Position numbers and translations under genes: made by a program. A DNA stretch of 32,000 bases from Nitrosomonas europaea. GTDB lineage: Bacteria; Pseudomonadota; Gammaproteobacteria; Burkholderiales; Nitrosomonadaceae. Below, piece after piece: positions 19,376 to 28,996 of the stretch. The notes under the pieces are model-generated. The model had not been told where the DNA came from and did not search any database. It worked only from the letters and a program-made list of their open reading frames with translations. The number at the start of each line of letters is the position of its first letter. The first letter of the stretch is position 1. Location: assembly GCF_900167395.1 (NCBI RefSeq), contig NZ_FUWK01000026.1, positions 1-32,000 on the forward strand, in the 5' to 3' direction.

Positions 19376-20173
19376 TCAGAAGTGTGATTTCGTATCGAAT
19401 TTTCTGGCCTGTTGTTCGAGCCAGATAATGTAACGTTGTATCAGCGTCCCTGATTTCTCAGACAAATTTACAAATTCACAACCGATGCGCGAGCAGGTGT
19501 TGCCATTGGAAAGAATGGCCATACTGATGCTCACGATCCGGACGGTAGTTTCAATCGTGTCGAATTCCGGTAATTCAATCCGGCAGTGCTCCAGCGTCAT
19601 ACCAGCTTCCAGCGGCGCATCGGTATCCGGCCGATCGATCAGCGCCATGCCACCGCGGCTGATATCCAGCAGATTGAGCGTAAGAAAAACTTCCTCATGT
19701 TGCCTCAATGGTGGAATGACGCAAGTTGCAGGGTTTGCCACGGGCGTTGCGATCCGATAAAAATTGCGCCGCTGCAGACGTTTCAGCGATGTCGGGAGAT
19801 CTGCACTGAATGCATTGCGACCCTCAAACCGGATGTGCTGCAGGTTGTTGCAATCGAATTCGATCCTGATGCGGTTATGGCTGGTGACACAACGCAACAT
19901 CCCGCTCTTGAGTGCCATTTGATTGAGTGTTTCATTGATCCCGTAATCCAGTACCAGTAACTTCTTTTGCAAATCGACAGCCAGAATGGATGAGAGAATC
20001 GCAGAGTGGCTGTTGCGGGCGAGATGCAGTGAAATCAGTGATTTTTCCTGCATGATTCCATTGAGGAAAAAACATACTTCAGTCAGAGAATGCACGATGT
20101 AGTCGGATTCATTCGTATCCCGCGATACGGATGAAGGCGCTGCCAATTCTGGATTTTTCCGAAGTATGGCCAT
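19376..20173 (-). CDS. ycgR: YcgR-like flagellar brake protein (PilZN + PilZ c-di-GMP receptor)
   Basis: PilZ signature RRxxxR (LQRRNFYRI) and D/NxSxxG (LLDISRGGMAL), preceded by a YcgR-type N-terminal domain. GAGGAA RBS. It starts 31 nt after the fliE stop on the same strand. Confidence 0.8.
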   Translation of the reverse strand: MAILRKNPELAAPSSVSRDTNESDYIVHSLTEVCFFLNGIMQEKSLISLHLARNSHSAILSSILAVDLQKKLLVLDYGINETLNQMALKSGMLRCVTSHNRIRIEFDCNNLQHIRFEGRNAFSADLPTSLKRLQRRNFYRIATPVANPATCVIPPLRQHEEVFLTLNLLDISRGGMALIDRPDTDAPLEAGMTLEHCRIELPEFDTIETTVRIVSISMAILSNGNTCSRIGCEFVNLSEKSGTLIQRYIIWLEQQARKFDTKSHF

Positions 20174-20204
20174 GATTTCCTCGCTATTTTTTATCGGCCC
20201 GACG

Positions 20205-20534
20205 CTACACTTGCATGTTCATGATCTCCTGATACGCTGTTACCAGTCGGTTGCGTACCTGAATCATGGACTGAAAGGAAACATTCGCCTTCTGCAGAGA
20301 AATCATGACATCGTGCAGTTCGACATCCTGATTGCCACCCACGAATTCCCGACTCAGCTGACTGGCAGTCTGCTGAACAGTATTGACCTGATCGACCGCA
20401 GACTTGAGCAGTTGGCCGAAATCTGCCTGTGAAACCGTGGAAACGGTTGCAGAAGGTTTACTGCCACCCGCTGCCAGATCCGAAGTGGCCTTGAGCTGCG
20501 CCAGAATCTGATCCATGCCTGATGTAACGTTCAT
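20205..20534 (-). CDS. fliE: Flagellar hook-basal body complex protein FliE
   Basis: 109 aa. The C-terminal region [36 protein letters not shown] is typical of FliE. GGAGAA RBS. Confidence 0.9.
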
Positions 20535-20646
20535 ATTTCTTTCTCCAGTATCTGGTTACTTCGGAAAACCTGCCGTACGGCTGAATCACTGTGGCGCATC
20601 TTCACTCACCCCGCGCCTGTCATGTTGATATGCCTCGGAAAATTCG

Positions 20647-20663
20647 AACCGCCTGTAACGGTT
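20647..20663 (-). terminator. Weak hairpin downstream of fleR (possible attenuating terminator)
   Basis: aaccg / cctgtaa / cggtt: a 5-bp stem, about 30 nt after the fleR stop. On the minus strand it is followed by CGAATTTT. The stem is short and the U-run is interrupted. Confidence 0.3.
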
Positions 20664-20692
20664 TTTACCGAAATACTCATTTATAAAATCGA

Positions 20693-22006
20693 TCAACACC
20701 GGGCAAGCCGGTATTGCTGCAGTTTGTAACGCAAGGTGCGCTCGGAGATACCGAGTTTCTGCACCGCCAGCTTACGTGAGCCATTCACCGCCGCCAGCGT
20801 TTGCAGAATATGATCCCGTTCGAGTGATTTGATATCGCGTAGCGGTGAATCACCTTCCCTCTGTGCTTCTCCCCGGAAGGTATCTCTGGCAGAGGATCCC
20901 GGCAGATTCAGGTGTTCAGCCTCGATCGAACCCGTTGCCAGAATCATGGCACGCTGAATCACATTTTCCAGCTCCCGTACATTTCCCGGCCAGGTATACC
21001 GTTCCAGACTGCGTATGGCTGATTGCGCCAACACACAGCGCGGCTGGGCAGATCGATCCAGAATACGCTGCGCCAGCGGCACGATATCCTGCGGACGTTC
21101 ACGCAGCGGCAAAATTTCCAGAGGAAAAACATTGAGGCGATAGTACAAATCTTCCCGAAAGCGGCCTTCCTGCACATACATCGGCATATCCCGATTGGAA
21201 GTCGCAATCAGGCGTATATCCAGCTTGACGGGTTTACTCCCGCCTATCCGCTCCACCTCACGTTCCTGCAGGATACGCAGCAGTTTCGCCTGAAGACCGA
21301 GCGGCATTTCCGAAATTTCATCCAACAGCAAAGTTCCCCCGTTGGCCCGCTCGAATTTTCCTGCCTGCGCCTGAGATGCCCCGGTAAACGATCCTTTTTC
21401 GTATCCGAACAGCGTCGATTCCAGCAGATTTTCAGGGATGGCAGCACAATTGATGGCGACAAACGGTCGAGATGCACGCGGTGAATGGCGATGAATGAAT
21501 CGGGCCAGTACTTCCTTGCCACTACCGCTCTCGCCCGTCAGCATCACCGTGGCGCTGGTTGCAGCCACCTTCTTCGCAAGAGACAACAATGTCAGGGTGC
21601 GAGGGTCTTCAGCAACGATTTCCGATTCATCCTCATCGCTGACGGTCAGCAGATAATGCCTGACATGCGCCAGCAGACTGTGCGGATCAAACGGCTTGAG
21701 CAGGTAATCACTGGCGCCGGAACGCATCGCAGCCACGGCCTTGTCCACTTCGCCATAAGCGGTCATCAATACGACCGGAATCCAGGGATGACTCCGCTTG
21801 ATAGCCTGCAGCAATGTATAACCATCCATCGGGCGCATCTGCACATCACTGATGACCAGCCCTGCCGGATGAGTCCGCAGCAGATCGATCGCCTGCTCGC
21901 CACTACTGGCAGCCAGGGTGGTGTATCCGTCCAGCTTGAGCGTTGCGCACAATGCCTCCAGCAGATCCGGATCATCTTCCACTATCAATACAGGCAAATT
22001 CCGCAT
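20693..22006 (-). CDS. fleR: Sigma-54-dependent response regulator (receiver + AAA+ EBP + Fis-type HTH), FleR/FlrC-like
   Basis: Receiver domain: LIVEDDPDL...VISDVQMRPMDG...K. AAA+ domain with Walker A GESGSGKE, a GAFTGA-type loop (EKGSFTGA) and the ESELFGHEKG-like LESTLFGYEKG. C-terminal HTH: AVQKLGISERTLRYKL. The symbol is assigned by analogy from its position beside fleS, fliE and fliF. Confidence 0.85.
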   Translation of the reverse strand: MRNLPVLIVEDDPDLLEALCATLKLDGYTTLAASSGEQAIDLLRTHPAGLVISDVQMRPMDGYTLLQAIKRSHPWIPVVLMTAYGEVDKAVAAMRSGASDYLLKPFDPHSLLAHVRHYLLTVSDEDESEIVAEDPRTLTLLSLAKKVAATSATVMLTGESGSGKEVLARFIHRHSPRASRPFVAINCAAIPENLLESTLFGYEKGSFTGASQAQAGKFERANGGTLLLDEISEMPLGLQAKLLRILQEREVERIGGSKPVKLDIRLIATSNRDMPMYVQEGRFREDLYYRLNVFPLEILPLRERPQDIVPLAQRILDRSAQPRCVLAQSAIRSLERYTWPGNVRELENVIQRAMILATGSIEAEHLNLPGSSARDTFRGEAQREGDSPLRDIKSLERDHILQTLAAVNGSRKLAVQKLGISERTLRYKLQQYRLARC

Positions 22007-22019
22007 TTCTTATCTGTCC

Positions 22020-23255
22020 TCATTTTTCGGCTGTTTCAGCCTTACTCCGCAAATCAGGTACATTCTCAAACTCTTTTGCCGTTCTCGGCAGGCTGATCGT
22101 AAACCGGGTACCGGTACCGGGTACCGAATCGATCCGGATTTCACCTCGCATCGACTGGATCAGATTATGCACGATCGCCAGCCCCAACCCGGTTCCCTCC
22201 GTTCGTGTCGTGAAGAACGGCTCAAACACCCGCTCACGCAGGGTGGGATCGATTCCCGGACCCTCGTCACTGACGATCAGCCTGGCTTCATCTTCCGTTG
22301 TTTCACAAGTCAGTGTGACGAGGCTGCCGACAGGAGAAACCTGCACGGCATTATCGAGCAGATTCGCCACGGCATTGCTCAGCGCCGCACGATCCACATT
22401 CAGACTGACTCCCCTGCTGTTATCCTGAACAACAAACCGCAGATTACGCTGCTGCATCTGGGGTGCCATCACCCGCTGCATTTTGCGTAGCAGTACAGAC
22501 AGTTTCACCCGCCCTGCCGGCACCGGTTCACCTTTCACGAACTGCAGCATGTTACGGATCAGATGCTCCAGATGGTGGAGCCGCTCAATCGCTTTAACGG
22601 CAAATCTTTTTCTTTCCTGAGGATCGAGTGCTTCACCGCTCAAATGCCCGGCATACAGCAATGCAGTGGATAACGGCGTGCGCAGCTGGTGTGCCAGGCC
22701 GGCAGCCATTTCGCCCATTGCCGCAAGCCGCTGGTTACGGCGATTCTGTTCGCGCAGTGCATAGGCTTCTGTCATGTCGTGGAGCAGCAGAATGCACTCC
22801 CCGGTCATTTCCGAAACACTGCTCTCGATATACAGTCTGCGCGGACAGAATAGAGCGAGATCTTCCTTTCCCGCATGCCATTCACCGGCCACACCTGTCG
22901 GCTGTAAACGCTCCTGTACGATCTGCTGCCACGTCATCCCCAGTAATGGCTCTCCCAGTAAACGAATCGCTGCCGGATTGACCCGGCTGATACTGTTCTG
23001 GTGATCCAGCACCACAACACCACCAGGCAGTGCCGTCAGCAATTGCCCGAGCTGCTGCGACAACGCTTCCTTGGCAGCCAGCTCGCGCTGCAGCTCTCCA
23101 TTGGCCAGCGCCAGTTCTTCCGTCAGGCGGAAAACCTGCTGCTGCAATTCACGATAGATCCCGGAAAGCTGGCTGGATGCCTGACTGAATACGGCAAAGG
23201 CCTGCCGGAGCTGTTCATGATCGGCCACCGGTGTAACGCCTACCTCTGTTTTCAT
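22020..23255 (-). CDS. fleS: Cytoplasmic PAS histidine kinase, FleS/FlrB-like
   Basis: No TM helices. Coiled-coil N-terminus, a PAS-like segment, H-box AHQLRTPLS, then N and G boxes (LLDNAVQ.., DEGPGI.., GTGLGLAIV). The ATG at 23255 has GGGAGA upstream; the track start is a GTG 30 nt further up. Confidence 0.85.
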   Translation of the reverse strand: MKTEVGVTPVADHEQLRQAFAVFSQASSQLSGIYRELQQQVFRLTEELALANGELQRELAAKEALSQQLGQLLTALPGGVVVLDHQNSISRVNPAAIRLLGEPLLGMTWQQIVQERLQPTGVAGEWHAGKEDLALFCPRRLYIESSVSEMTGECILLLHDMTEAYALREQNRRNQRLAAMGEMAAGLAHQLRTPLSTALLYAGHLSGEALDPQERKRFAVKAIERLHHLEHLIRNMLQFVKGEPVPAGRVKLSVLLRKMQRVMAPQMQQRNLRFVVQDNSRGVSLNVDRAALSNAVANLLDNAVQVSPVGSLVTLTCETTEDEARLIVSDEGPGIDPTLRERVFEPFFTTRTEGTGLGLAIVHNLIQSMRGEIRIDSVPGTGTRFTISLPRTAKEFENVPDLRSKAETAEK

Positions 23256-23486
23256 GGAGAAAATCTCCCGATTTCGACGCTGCACAGCTTAGCACCACGC
23301 ACTACGCTGATCATCGATGAAATAACACGAGCAAATGTTCTCTTTTCAGAGATTCAGGCCCAGAGAATATCCCGATAATGCCGGTATTCATCAAACCGCA
23401 ACACATATTCAAATGACAAACCAGAGCGGGCTCAGATATCCGTCAGGCTTCGTAAATCTCAAAGAACAAGGCAGGAGGTGATCGTT

Positions 23487-25133
23487 ATGGCAACCGTCCA
23501 GGAAGAAATCCAGGAAGAAAAAAAGACATTCAGTCAACTGGATAAAATCAAACAACTGCCCACCCAGAAGAAACTGGGTCTGATGGTGGCAGCCGCCGCC
23601 GTCATTGCCCTGATCGCCGGTACATGGCTATGGAGCCAGTCGCCGGATTACCGGGTTCTTTATGCCAGCTTGTCGGATCAGGAAGGGGGAGCGATCATCG
23701 AGGCCCTGCAGAAGATGAATGTTCCGTACCAGTTCAGCGAAAGTGGCGGCTCGATTCTGATTCCGGCCAGTCAGGTGCATGAAGTCCGCCTGCGTCTGGC
23801 AGGGCAAGGGCTGCCCAAAGGCAATCTGTCCGGTTTCGAGATTCTGGAAAACCAGAAATTCGGCTCCAGCCAGTTCCTGGAACAAGTCAATTATCAGCGC
23901 GCCCTGGAAGGTGAACTCTCCCGTTCGATTCAATCCCTGTCAGCCGTTCAGGGGGCACGCGTGCACCTGGCGATTGCCAAGCCGAGCGTATTCACCCGGG
24001 AGCGTCCGCAACCAAGAGTTTCCGTGCTGCTGAACCTGCATCCCGGACGGATGCTGAGCACCGAACAGGTCAGCGCAATCGTTCATCTGATTTCCAGCAG
24101 TATTCCCGATATGCCGGTCAAAAACGTTACCGTTGTCGATCAGCAAGGTAATCTGTTGAGTGGTCAGAAAGACAACCAGGCGGAAACCGGACTCGACCCC
24201 GGCCAGCTCAAGTATGTGCAGGATATGGAGCAGAATTTCGTCCGGCGCATCGAGGCCATTCTGACACCCATCACCGGTGAAGATAACGTACATGCACAAG
24301 TGACCGCAGATGTCGATTTTTCCCGCATCGAACGTGCCGAAGAAATCTACAAACCCAACAACAATCCGGCAGAAGCAGCTGCAGTTCGCAGCCAGCAACA
24401 ATCCGAGTCGGTTTCCATTTCCCAGCCGGAAGGAGGAGTACCGGGTGCGCTGTCGAATCGTCCTCCTGCTCCGGCCGAGGCACCGATAGAAGCCAAACAG
24501 AGTTCGGAAGCAGCTGCCAAGACGACTCCGACCGATACGCGTAGGGAATCAACGACCAACTATGAAGTGGATAAAACCATTTCACATACCCGCCAGGCAA
24601 CAGGCCGCATCAACCGGCTTTCAGCGGCAGTGGTCATCAATTACCGGACGAAGCTGGATACTGAAGGCAATCCGGCCAATGAACCGCTTTCCGGTGAAGA
24701 GATCGAGAAAATCACCGCCCTGGTGAAACAGACCATCGGTTTCGATGAAACACGCGGCGATACGCTGACGGTTACCAACAGCCAGTTCAACCTGAAGGGA
24801 GATTCACTGGAAGAACTGCCACCCTGGAAAGATCCGGATACCGTCCTGCTTGCCAAAGACATTGGCAAGCAACTGCTGATCGCGGCAATCGTACTGTTCT
24901 TCCTGCAAAAGATCTTCCGACCGTTTCTCAGGAATTTGCTGCCTCCTCCACCACCGCCACCCGTTCCGGCATTAGCTGTCAAGAATGGATTGGAACACAG
25001 CGAAGCCGAGGTGAGTACTGTCAGGGTGGTGACGCTGGAAGAAAATCTGGAAAAAGCCAGATTACTGGCTGTCACTGAACCGGCTATCGTAGCCAACGTT
25101 GTAAAAGGATGGGTGTCAGGCAATGAGCGATGA
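23487..25133 (+). CDS. fliF: Flagellar MS-ring protein FliF
   Basis: AGGAGG RBS before the ATG at 23487. N-terminal TM. Typical FliF segments: YRVLYASLSDQEGGAIIEALQKMNVPYQF, VHEVRLRLAGQGLPKG, QVNYQRALEGELSRSI. It has a second TM near the C-terminus and overlaps fliG by 11 nt. Confidence 0.95.
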   Translation: MATVQEEIQEEKKTFSQLDKIKQLPTQKKLGLMVAAAAVIALIAGTWLWSQSPDYRVLYASLSDQEGGAIIEALQKMNVPYQFSESGGSILIPASQVHEVRLRLAGQGLPKGNLSGFEILENQKFGSSQFLEQVNYQRALEGELSRSIQSLSAVQGARVHLAIAKPSVFTRERPQPRVSVLLNLHPGRMLSTEQVSAIVHLISSSIPDMPVKNVTVVDQQGNLLSGQKDNQAETGLDPGQLKYVQDMEQNFVRRIEAILTPITGEDNVHAQVTADVDFSRIERAEEIYKPNNNPAEAAAVRSQQQSESVSISQPEGGVPGALSNRPPAPAEAPIEAKQSSEAAAKTTPTDTRRESTTNYEVDKTISHTRQATGRINRLSAAVVINYRTKLDTEGNPANEPLSGEEIEKITALVKQTIGFDETRGDTLTVTNSQFNLKGDSLEELPPWKDPDTVLLAKDIGKQLLIAAIVLFFLQKIFRPFLRNLLPPPPPPPVPALAVKNGLEHSEAEVSTVRVVTLEENLEKARLLAVTEPAIVANVVKGWVSGNER

Positions 25134-26118
25134 AGGGATTTTTAAAAGTGCAATTTTGTTGATGTCGCTGGGGGAAGAAGAAGCTTCCCGGGTGTTTCGC
25201 CATCTCGGCCCCAAGGAAGTTCAGAAACTGAGTGAGGCCATGGCCGCCCTCAACGATATCAAGCAGGAAACCATCGAAAGCGTACTGGAAGAGTTTTGTC
25301 ATCTTGCGAATGGCAAAACCTCACTGGGACAGGGAGCACTCGACTACCTGCGCACAGTGCTGACCAAAGCACTGGGAGAGGAAAAAGCAGCGGGGCTGAT
25401 GGATCGCATCAGCCAGGGAGATGACACCAGCGGGATAGAAAGCCTGAAATGGATGGATGCTGCTTCTGCTGCCGAACTGATCAAGAACGAGCATCCGCAG
25501 ATCATTGCCACTATCCTGGTGCATCTGGAACGCGATCAATCCAGCGCTATCCTGGCACTGTTTACCGAACGACTGAGAAATGATGTTCTGCTGCGTATCG
25601 CCACACTGGACAGCGTTCAGCCGACGGCACTGCGCGAACTGAACGGTGTGCTGAGCAAATTGCTGTCGGGCACCGACAGCATCAAGAAGCCGCGCATGGG
25701 CGGTATTCGCACTACGGCAGAGATTCTGAATTTCATGCCGACCGCACTGGAAAGCAACATCATCGAGAATTTCAACCAGTATGACGAGGAAATTGCACAG
25801 AAAATCATGGATGAAATGTTTGTCTTCGATGATCTGTTGCATGTCGATGACCAGGGCATCCAGCTTCTGCTGAGAGAAATCCAGTCCGATGCACTCATCA
25901 CCGCACTCAAGGGTGCCAAGGAAGAATTACGCATCAAAATCTTCAAGAACATGTCACAACGTGCTGCCGAAACGCTACGTGAGGATCTCGAAAGCAAAGG
26001 GCCCGTTCGTGTTTCCGAGGTAGAAACCGAACAGAAGAAAATCCTCAAGACTTTGCGACAGCTTGCCGATGATGGTCGTATCGCACTGGGTGGAAAAGAA
26101 GGAGACGGTTTCATCTGA
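25123..26118 (+). CDS. fliG: Flagellar motor switch protein FliG
   Basis: 331 aa. Typical FliG motifs: AAILLMSLGEEEA-type N-terminus, EHPQIIATILVHL, MFVFDDL, ALKGA..ELR.KIFKNMSQRAAE.LREDLE. Confidence 0.95.
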   Translation: MSDEGIFKSAILLMSLGEEEASRVFRHLGPKEVQKLSEAMAALNDIKQETIESVLEEFCHLANGKTSLGQGALDYLRTVLTKALGEEKAAGLMDRISQGDDTSGIESLKWMDAASAAELIKNEHPQIIATILVHLERDQSSAILALFTERLRNDVLLRIATLDSVQPTALRELNGVLSKLLSGTDSIKKPRMGGIRTTAEILNFMPTALESNIIENFNQYDEEIAQKIMDEMFVFDDLLHVDDQGIQLLLREIQSDALITALKGAKEELRIKIFKNMSQRAAETLREDLESKGPVRVSEVETEQKKILKTLRQLADDGRIALGGKEGDGFI

Positions 26119-26152
26119 TCGGCGCTGTCCGATCTGGCCACCCGACCATATC

Positions 26153-26255
26153 ATTCCATTCCCAAATCAAAAATGACACGAAGGCGAGCCGCAGACAGTA
26201 TAAATAATACGGCCAGGCGAAGCCGACAAAGTTAGTTCTGATTTAGAAATGGAAT
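26153..26255. repeat. Palindromic intergenic element (~103 bp, MITE/REP-like), copy B, inserted between fliG and fliH
   Basis: The left arm attccattcccaaatcaaaaatgac (26153-26177) pairs with the right arm gttagttctgatttagaaatggaat (26231-26255). 20 of 25 positions are complementary plus one G-T wobble, including a perfect terminal 8 bp. The first 32 nt are identical to 19296-19327. Confidence 0.8.
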
Positions 26256-26315
26256 CAAAGCCCGTAATCATCTTTCATCAGGCACCTCGTCAACTCGTAT
26301 AAGGAAACAACGGAT

Positions 26316-27035
26316 ATGGAAGCAGCTTACGTCATTCCAAAGAAAGAACTCTCTTCCTGGCAGAAATGGGAATTTGGCTCGCTCGATCCGCTTAAATCCC
26401 GGCAGAAAACTGAATCTCCGGAAAAAACACCCCATACTGCCAGATCAGCAGATCAGCCTGAAAATCAGATAGCAGCCGGGGCAAAAACCACAGCACACGA
26501 AGCCATTGTTTTACCCACCGCCGAACAGATCGAGCAAATCTACCAGCAAGCCCGTGAAGAAGGCAAAACGGCGGGTTACCAGGAAGGCATGCAACAGGCA
26601 AAACATGCCGCCCTGGTAGAAGTCAAGCATTTGCAATCGCTTACTGGTGCTCTGGAACAGGAATTGAAACAAATCGATCAGACCATGGCACAGGATTTGC
26701 TGACACTCGCCATCGATCTGGCCAGAAAAATCACCAGCCATGCGCTGGAAATCAAACCTGAACTGATTCTTCCGGTCGTCGAGGAGGCATTGCGTCAACT
26801 GCCCGCTGTCTCGCAGTCGATCCGGCTGACCCTGCATCCCGATGATGCCGCGCGAATACGAGATCATCTGGAAAATCATCCGGCCCACCCCAAGTGGCAT
26901 ATATATGAAGATACACAGATCGAGCCCGGTGGCTGCCGGATCGAATCCGGTGGCTGTGAAGTGGATGCAACGCTGGCTACCCGCTGGCAGCGTACTCTGG
27001 CTGTCCTCGGCCAGGAGCAGCCCTGGCTGGTATGA
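26316..27035 (+). CDS. fliH: Flagellar export apparatus protein FliH
   Basis: 239 aa. A central charged coiled region ([25 protein letters not shown]) is followed by a FliH/YscL-type C-terminal domain ([13 protein letters not shown]...[21 protein letters not shown]). Its stop overlaps the fliI start (ATGA). Confidence 0.85.
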   Translation: MEAAYVIPKKELSSWQKWEFGSLDPLKSRQKTESPEKTPHTARSADQPENQIAAGAKTTAHEAIVLPTAEQIEQIYQQAREEGKTAGYQEGMQQAKHAALVEVKHLQSLTGALEQELKQIDQTMAQDLLTLAIDLARKITSHALEIKPELILPVVEEALRQLPAVSQSIRLTLHPDDAARIRDHLENHPAHPKWHIYEDTQIEPGGCRIESGGCEVDATLATRWQRTLAVLGQEQPWLV

Positions 27036-28468
27036 CAATACCAGACGGATACCACGACCACGTGGATACCACCGGATCAGTCCACACCCCACTCTGGCGT
27101 GATTTCCTCCAGAACTGCCAGCGACTGATCGAGCCTGCGAATTCCTTTCTCGTCAGCGGTACGCTTACCCGTGTTGCCGGGCTAGTAATGGAAGCCGTTG
27201 GCCTCAAGCTGGCAGTAGGTACCAGCTGTATCGTTTTTCTCCCGAACGGAAACAGCGTCACGGCAGAAGTAGTTGGTTTCTCCGGAGAACGGCTTTTTCT
27301 GATGCCCTCTGGCGATATTTATGGACTGACGCCCGGTGCAAAAGTCGTCCCTACCGAATATACCGGCGCAGTACCCCGCATCGGAACCCTGCAGCATCCG
27401 CGACGCCGTGCGGCCGATCGGACAAAACATATCAGTGTCGGCCCGGAGCTGTTGGGGCGCGTTTTGAATGGATCCGGCGATCCACTCGATCGCTATGGCC
27501 CGCTCCATTGTGGGCATAGTGTGCCGCTTTACAGCCGTCCGTTCAATCCGCTGGAACGGGCACCGATCGAAAAAACACTGGATGTCGGTGTACGTGCGAT
27601 CAATACATTGCTGAGTGTGGGGCGTGGCCAGCGCATGGGATTGTTTGCCGGCAGCGGCGTGGGTAAAAGTGTCTTGCTCGGTATGATGGCACGTTATACC
27701 AGCGCAGATGTCATTGTTGTCGGCCTGATTGGCGAACGAGGCCGCGAAGTCCAGGAATTCATCGAACATATTCTCGGCCCGGAAGGACTGGCACGCTCGG
27801 TTGTCGTTGCCGCACCAGCCGATACTTCACCACTGATGCGTTTGCACGGCGCCGCCTATGCTACTGCCATTGCCGAATATTTCCGGGATGAAGGCAAGCA
27901 TGTGCTGCTGATCATGGATTCCCTCACCCGCGTTGCCATGGCGCAGCGGGAGATTTCACTCGCCATTGGCGAACCGCCTGCCACCAAGGGCTACCCCCCC
28001 TCCGTATTCGCCCGCCTGCCCCAGCTGGTAGAGCGTGCGGGTAACGGCCGGCGGGGAAGCGGATCGATCACTGCCTTCTATACCGTGCTGACCGAGAATG
28101 ATGATCCCAATGATCCGATTGCCGATAATGCACGCGCCATTCTCGATGGCCATATCGTATTGTCACGGCGCCTGGCCGAGGCGGGTCACTATCCGGCAAT
28201 CGACATTGAGGCCTCGATCAGCCGCGTGATGGCCAGCCTGGTAACACGTGAACAGCTTGGTCAGGCGCAGCGCTTCAAGGCCCTGTACTCCCGTTATCAG
28301 CGCAGCCATGATCTGATCAGCGTGGGGGCATACGCAAGCGGCAGTGATCCGCAACTGGATCGGGCCATCGAGCTTTACCCGGTACTCGAATCATTTCTGC
28401 AGCAAGGCATGTTCGAGCAGGAAAGCTATATCGAAAGTATGGAAAAGCTTTCGGCGTTACAACTGTAA
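27032..28468 (+). CDS. fliI: Flagellum-specific ATPase FliI
   Basis: Walker [14 protein letters not shown], Walker [11 protein letters not shown], and F1/T3SS ATPase core motifs ([19 protein letters not shown]). Confidence 0.95.
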   Translation: MTIPDGYHDHVDTTGSVHTPLWRDFLQNCQRLIEPANSFLVSGTLTRVAGLVMEAVGLKLAVGTSCIVFLPNGNSVTAEVVGFSGERLFLMPSGDIYGLTPGAKVVPTEYTGAVPRIGTLQHPRRRAADRTKHISVGPELLGRVLNGSGDPLDRYGPLHCGHSVPLYSRPFNPLERAPIEKTLDVGVRAINTLLSVGRGQRMGLFAGSGVGKSVLLGMMARYTSADVIVVGLIGERGREVQEFIEHILGPEGLARSVVVAAPADTSPLMRLHGAAYATAIAEYFRDEGKHVLLIMDSLTRVAMAQREISLAIGEPPATKGYPPSVFARLPQLVERAGNGRRGSGSITAFYTVLTENDDPNDPIADNARAILDGHIVLSRRLAEAGHYPAIDIEASISRVMASLVTREQLGQAQRFKALYSRYQRSHDLISVGAYASGSDPQLDRAIELYPVLESFLQQGMFEQESYIESMEKLSALQL

Positions 28469-28485
28469 AACAGTAAGCGCAAAAG

Positions 28486-28938
28486 ATGGCTACCCCCCAT
28501 TCACTCAAACTGCTGCTCGACCACGCCCGCAAACAAACGGACGATGCCGCCATCAATCTGGGCAAGCTGAATCTCAAGCAGCAGGAAGCTGAGAAAACCT
28601 TACAGCTGTTAGTCGAATATCGCGAAAATTACCAGTCGCAATTCATGGAATCCGCCGGGAGCGGTATCAGTCCGGTTGAATGGCGAAATTTCAAGGCATT
28701 CATCTGCAAGCTCGATACTGCCATTCAGTCACAGCAAAGACTCGTCACGATGACGCAACAGCATACGGAAGCAGGAAGCACGCAATATCACGCCCACCGT
28801 CAAAAGCTGAAATCCTATGACACCCTGTCGCAGCGCGCCGAGCTTCACCACCAGGCACGCTTACAGAAACAGGAACAGCGTCAGCTGGATGAACATACGG
28901 CGCACAACTTCAGCAAACAGCAAAAGAACGCAGATTAG
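28486..28938 (+). CDS. fliJ: Flagellar export chaperone-like protein FliJ
   Basis: 150-aa predicted coiled coil. N-terminus LKLLLDHARKQTDDAAINLGKLN and motif LVEYRENY typical of FliJ. It sits between fliI and fliK. Confidence 0.85.
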   Translation: MATPHSLKLLLDHARKQTDDAAINLGKLNLKQQEAEKTLQLLVEYRENYQSQFMESAGSGISPVEWRNFKAFICKLDTAIQSQQRLVTMTQQHTEAGSTQYHAHRQKLKSYDTLSQRAELHHQARLQKQEQRQLDEHTAHNFSKQQKNAD

Positions 28939-28996
28939 TGGCATGAGAATTGCTTGATACTTGCCATACAACAACAAATCTTCTTCGAGGACTACC

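Noticed and set aside
20558-20577. Sigma-54-like sequence upstream of fliE (minus strand cGGCAgG-tttt-ccGAa)
   Set aside because: The -24 half is good, but the obligatory -12 GC dinucleotide is missing (GA instead).
23281-23297. Sigma-54-like TGGTGCtaagcTGTGCA upstream of fleS (minus strand)
   Set aside because: The GG to GC spacing is 11 nt instead of the required 10, and the site overlaps the alternative GTG start.
20845-23378. Long + strand ORFs (21023..21484, 21485..22096, 21918..22490, 23001..23378) opposite fleR and fleS
   Set aside because: They are antisense to genes with unambiguous receiver, AAA+ and HATPase motifs. I see no RBS or recognisable motifs in them.
23628-28577. Minus-strand ORFs of 60-195 aa inside fliF, fliG, fliH and fliI (for example 24641..25123, 25321..25842, 25617..26141, 26511..27092, 27182..27769)
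   Set aside because: They are antisense shadows of well-supported flagellar genes.
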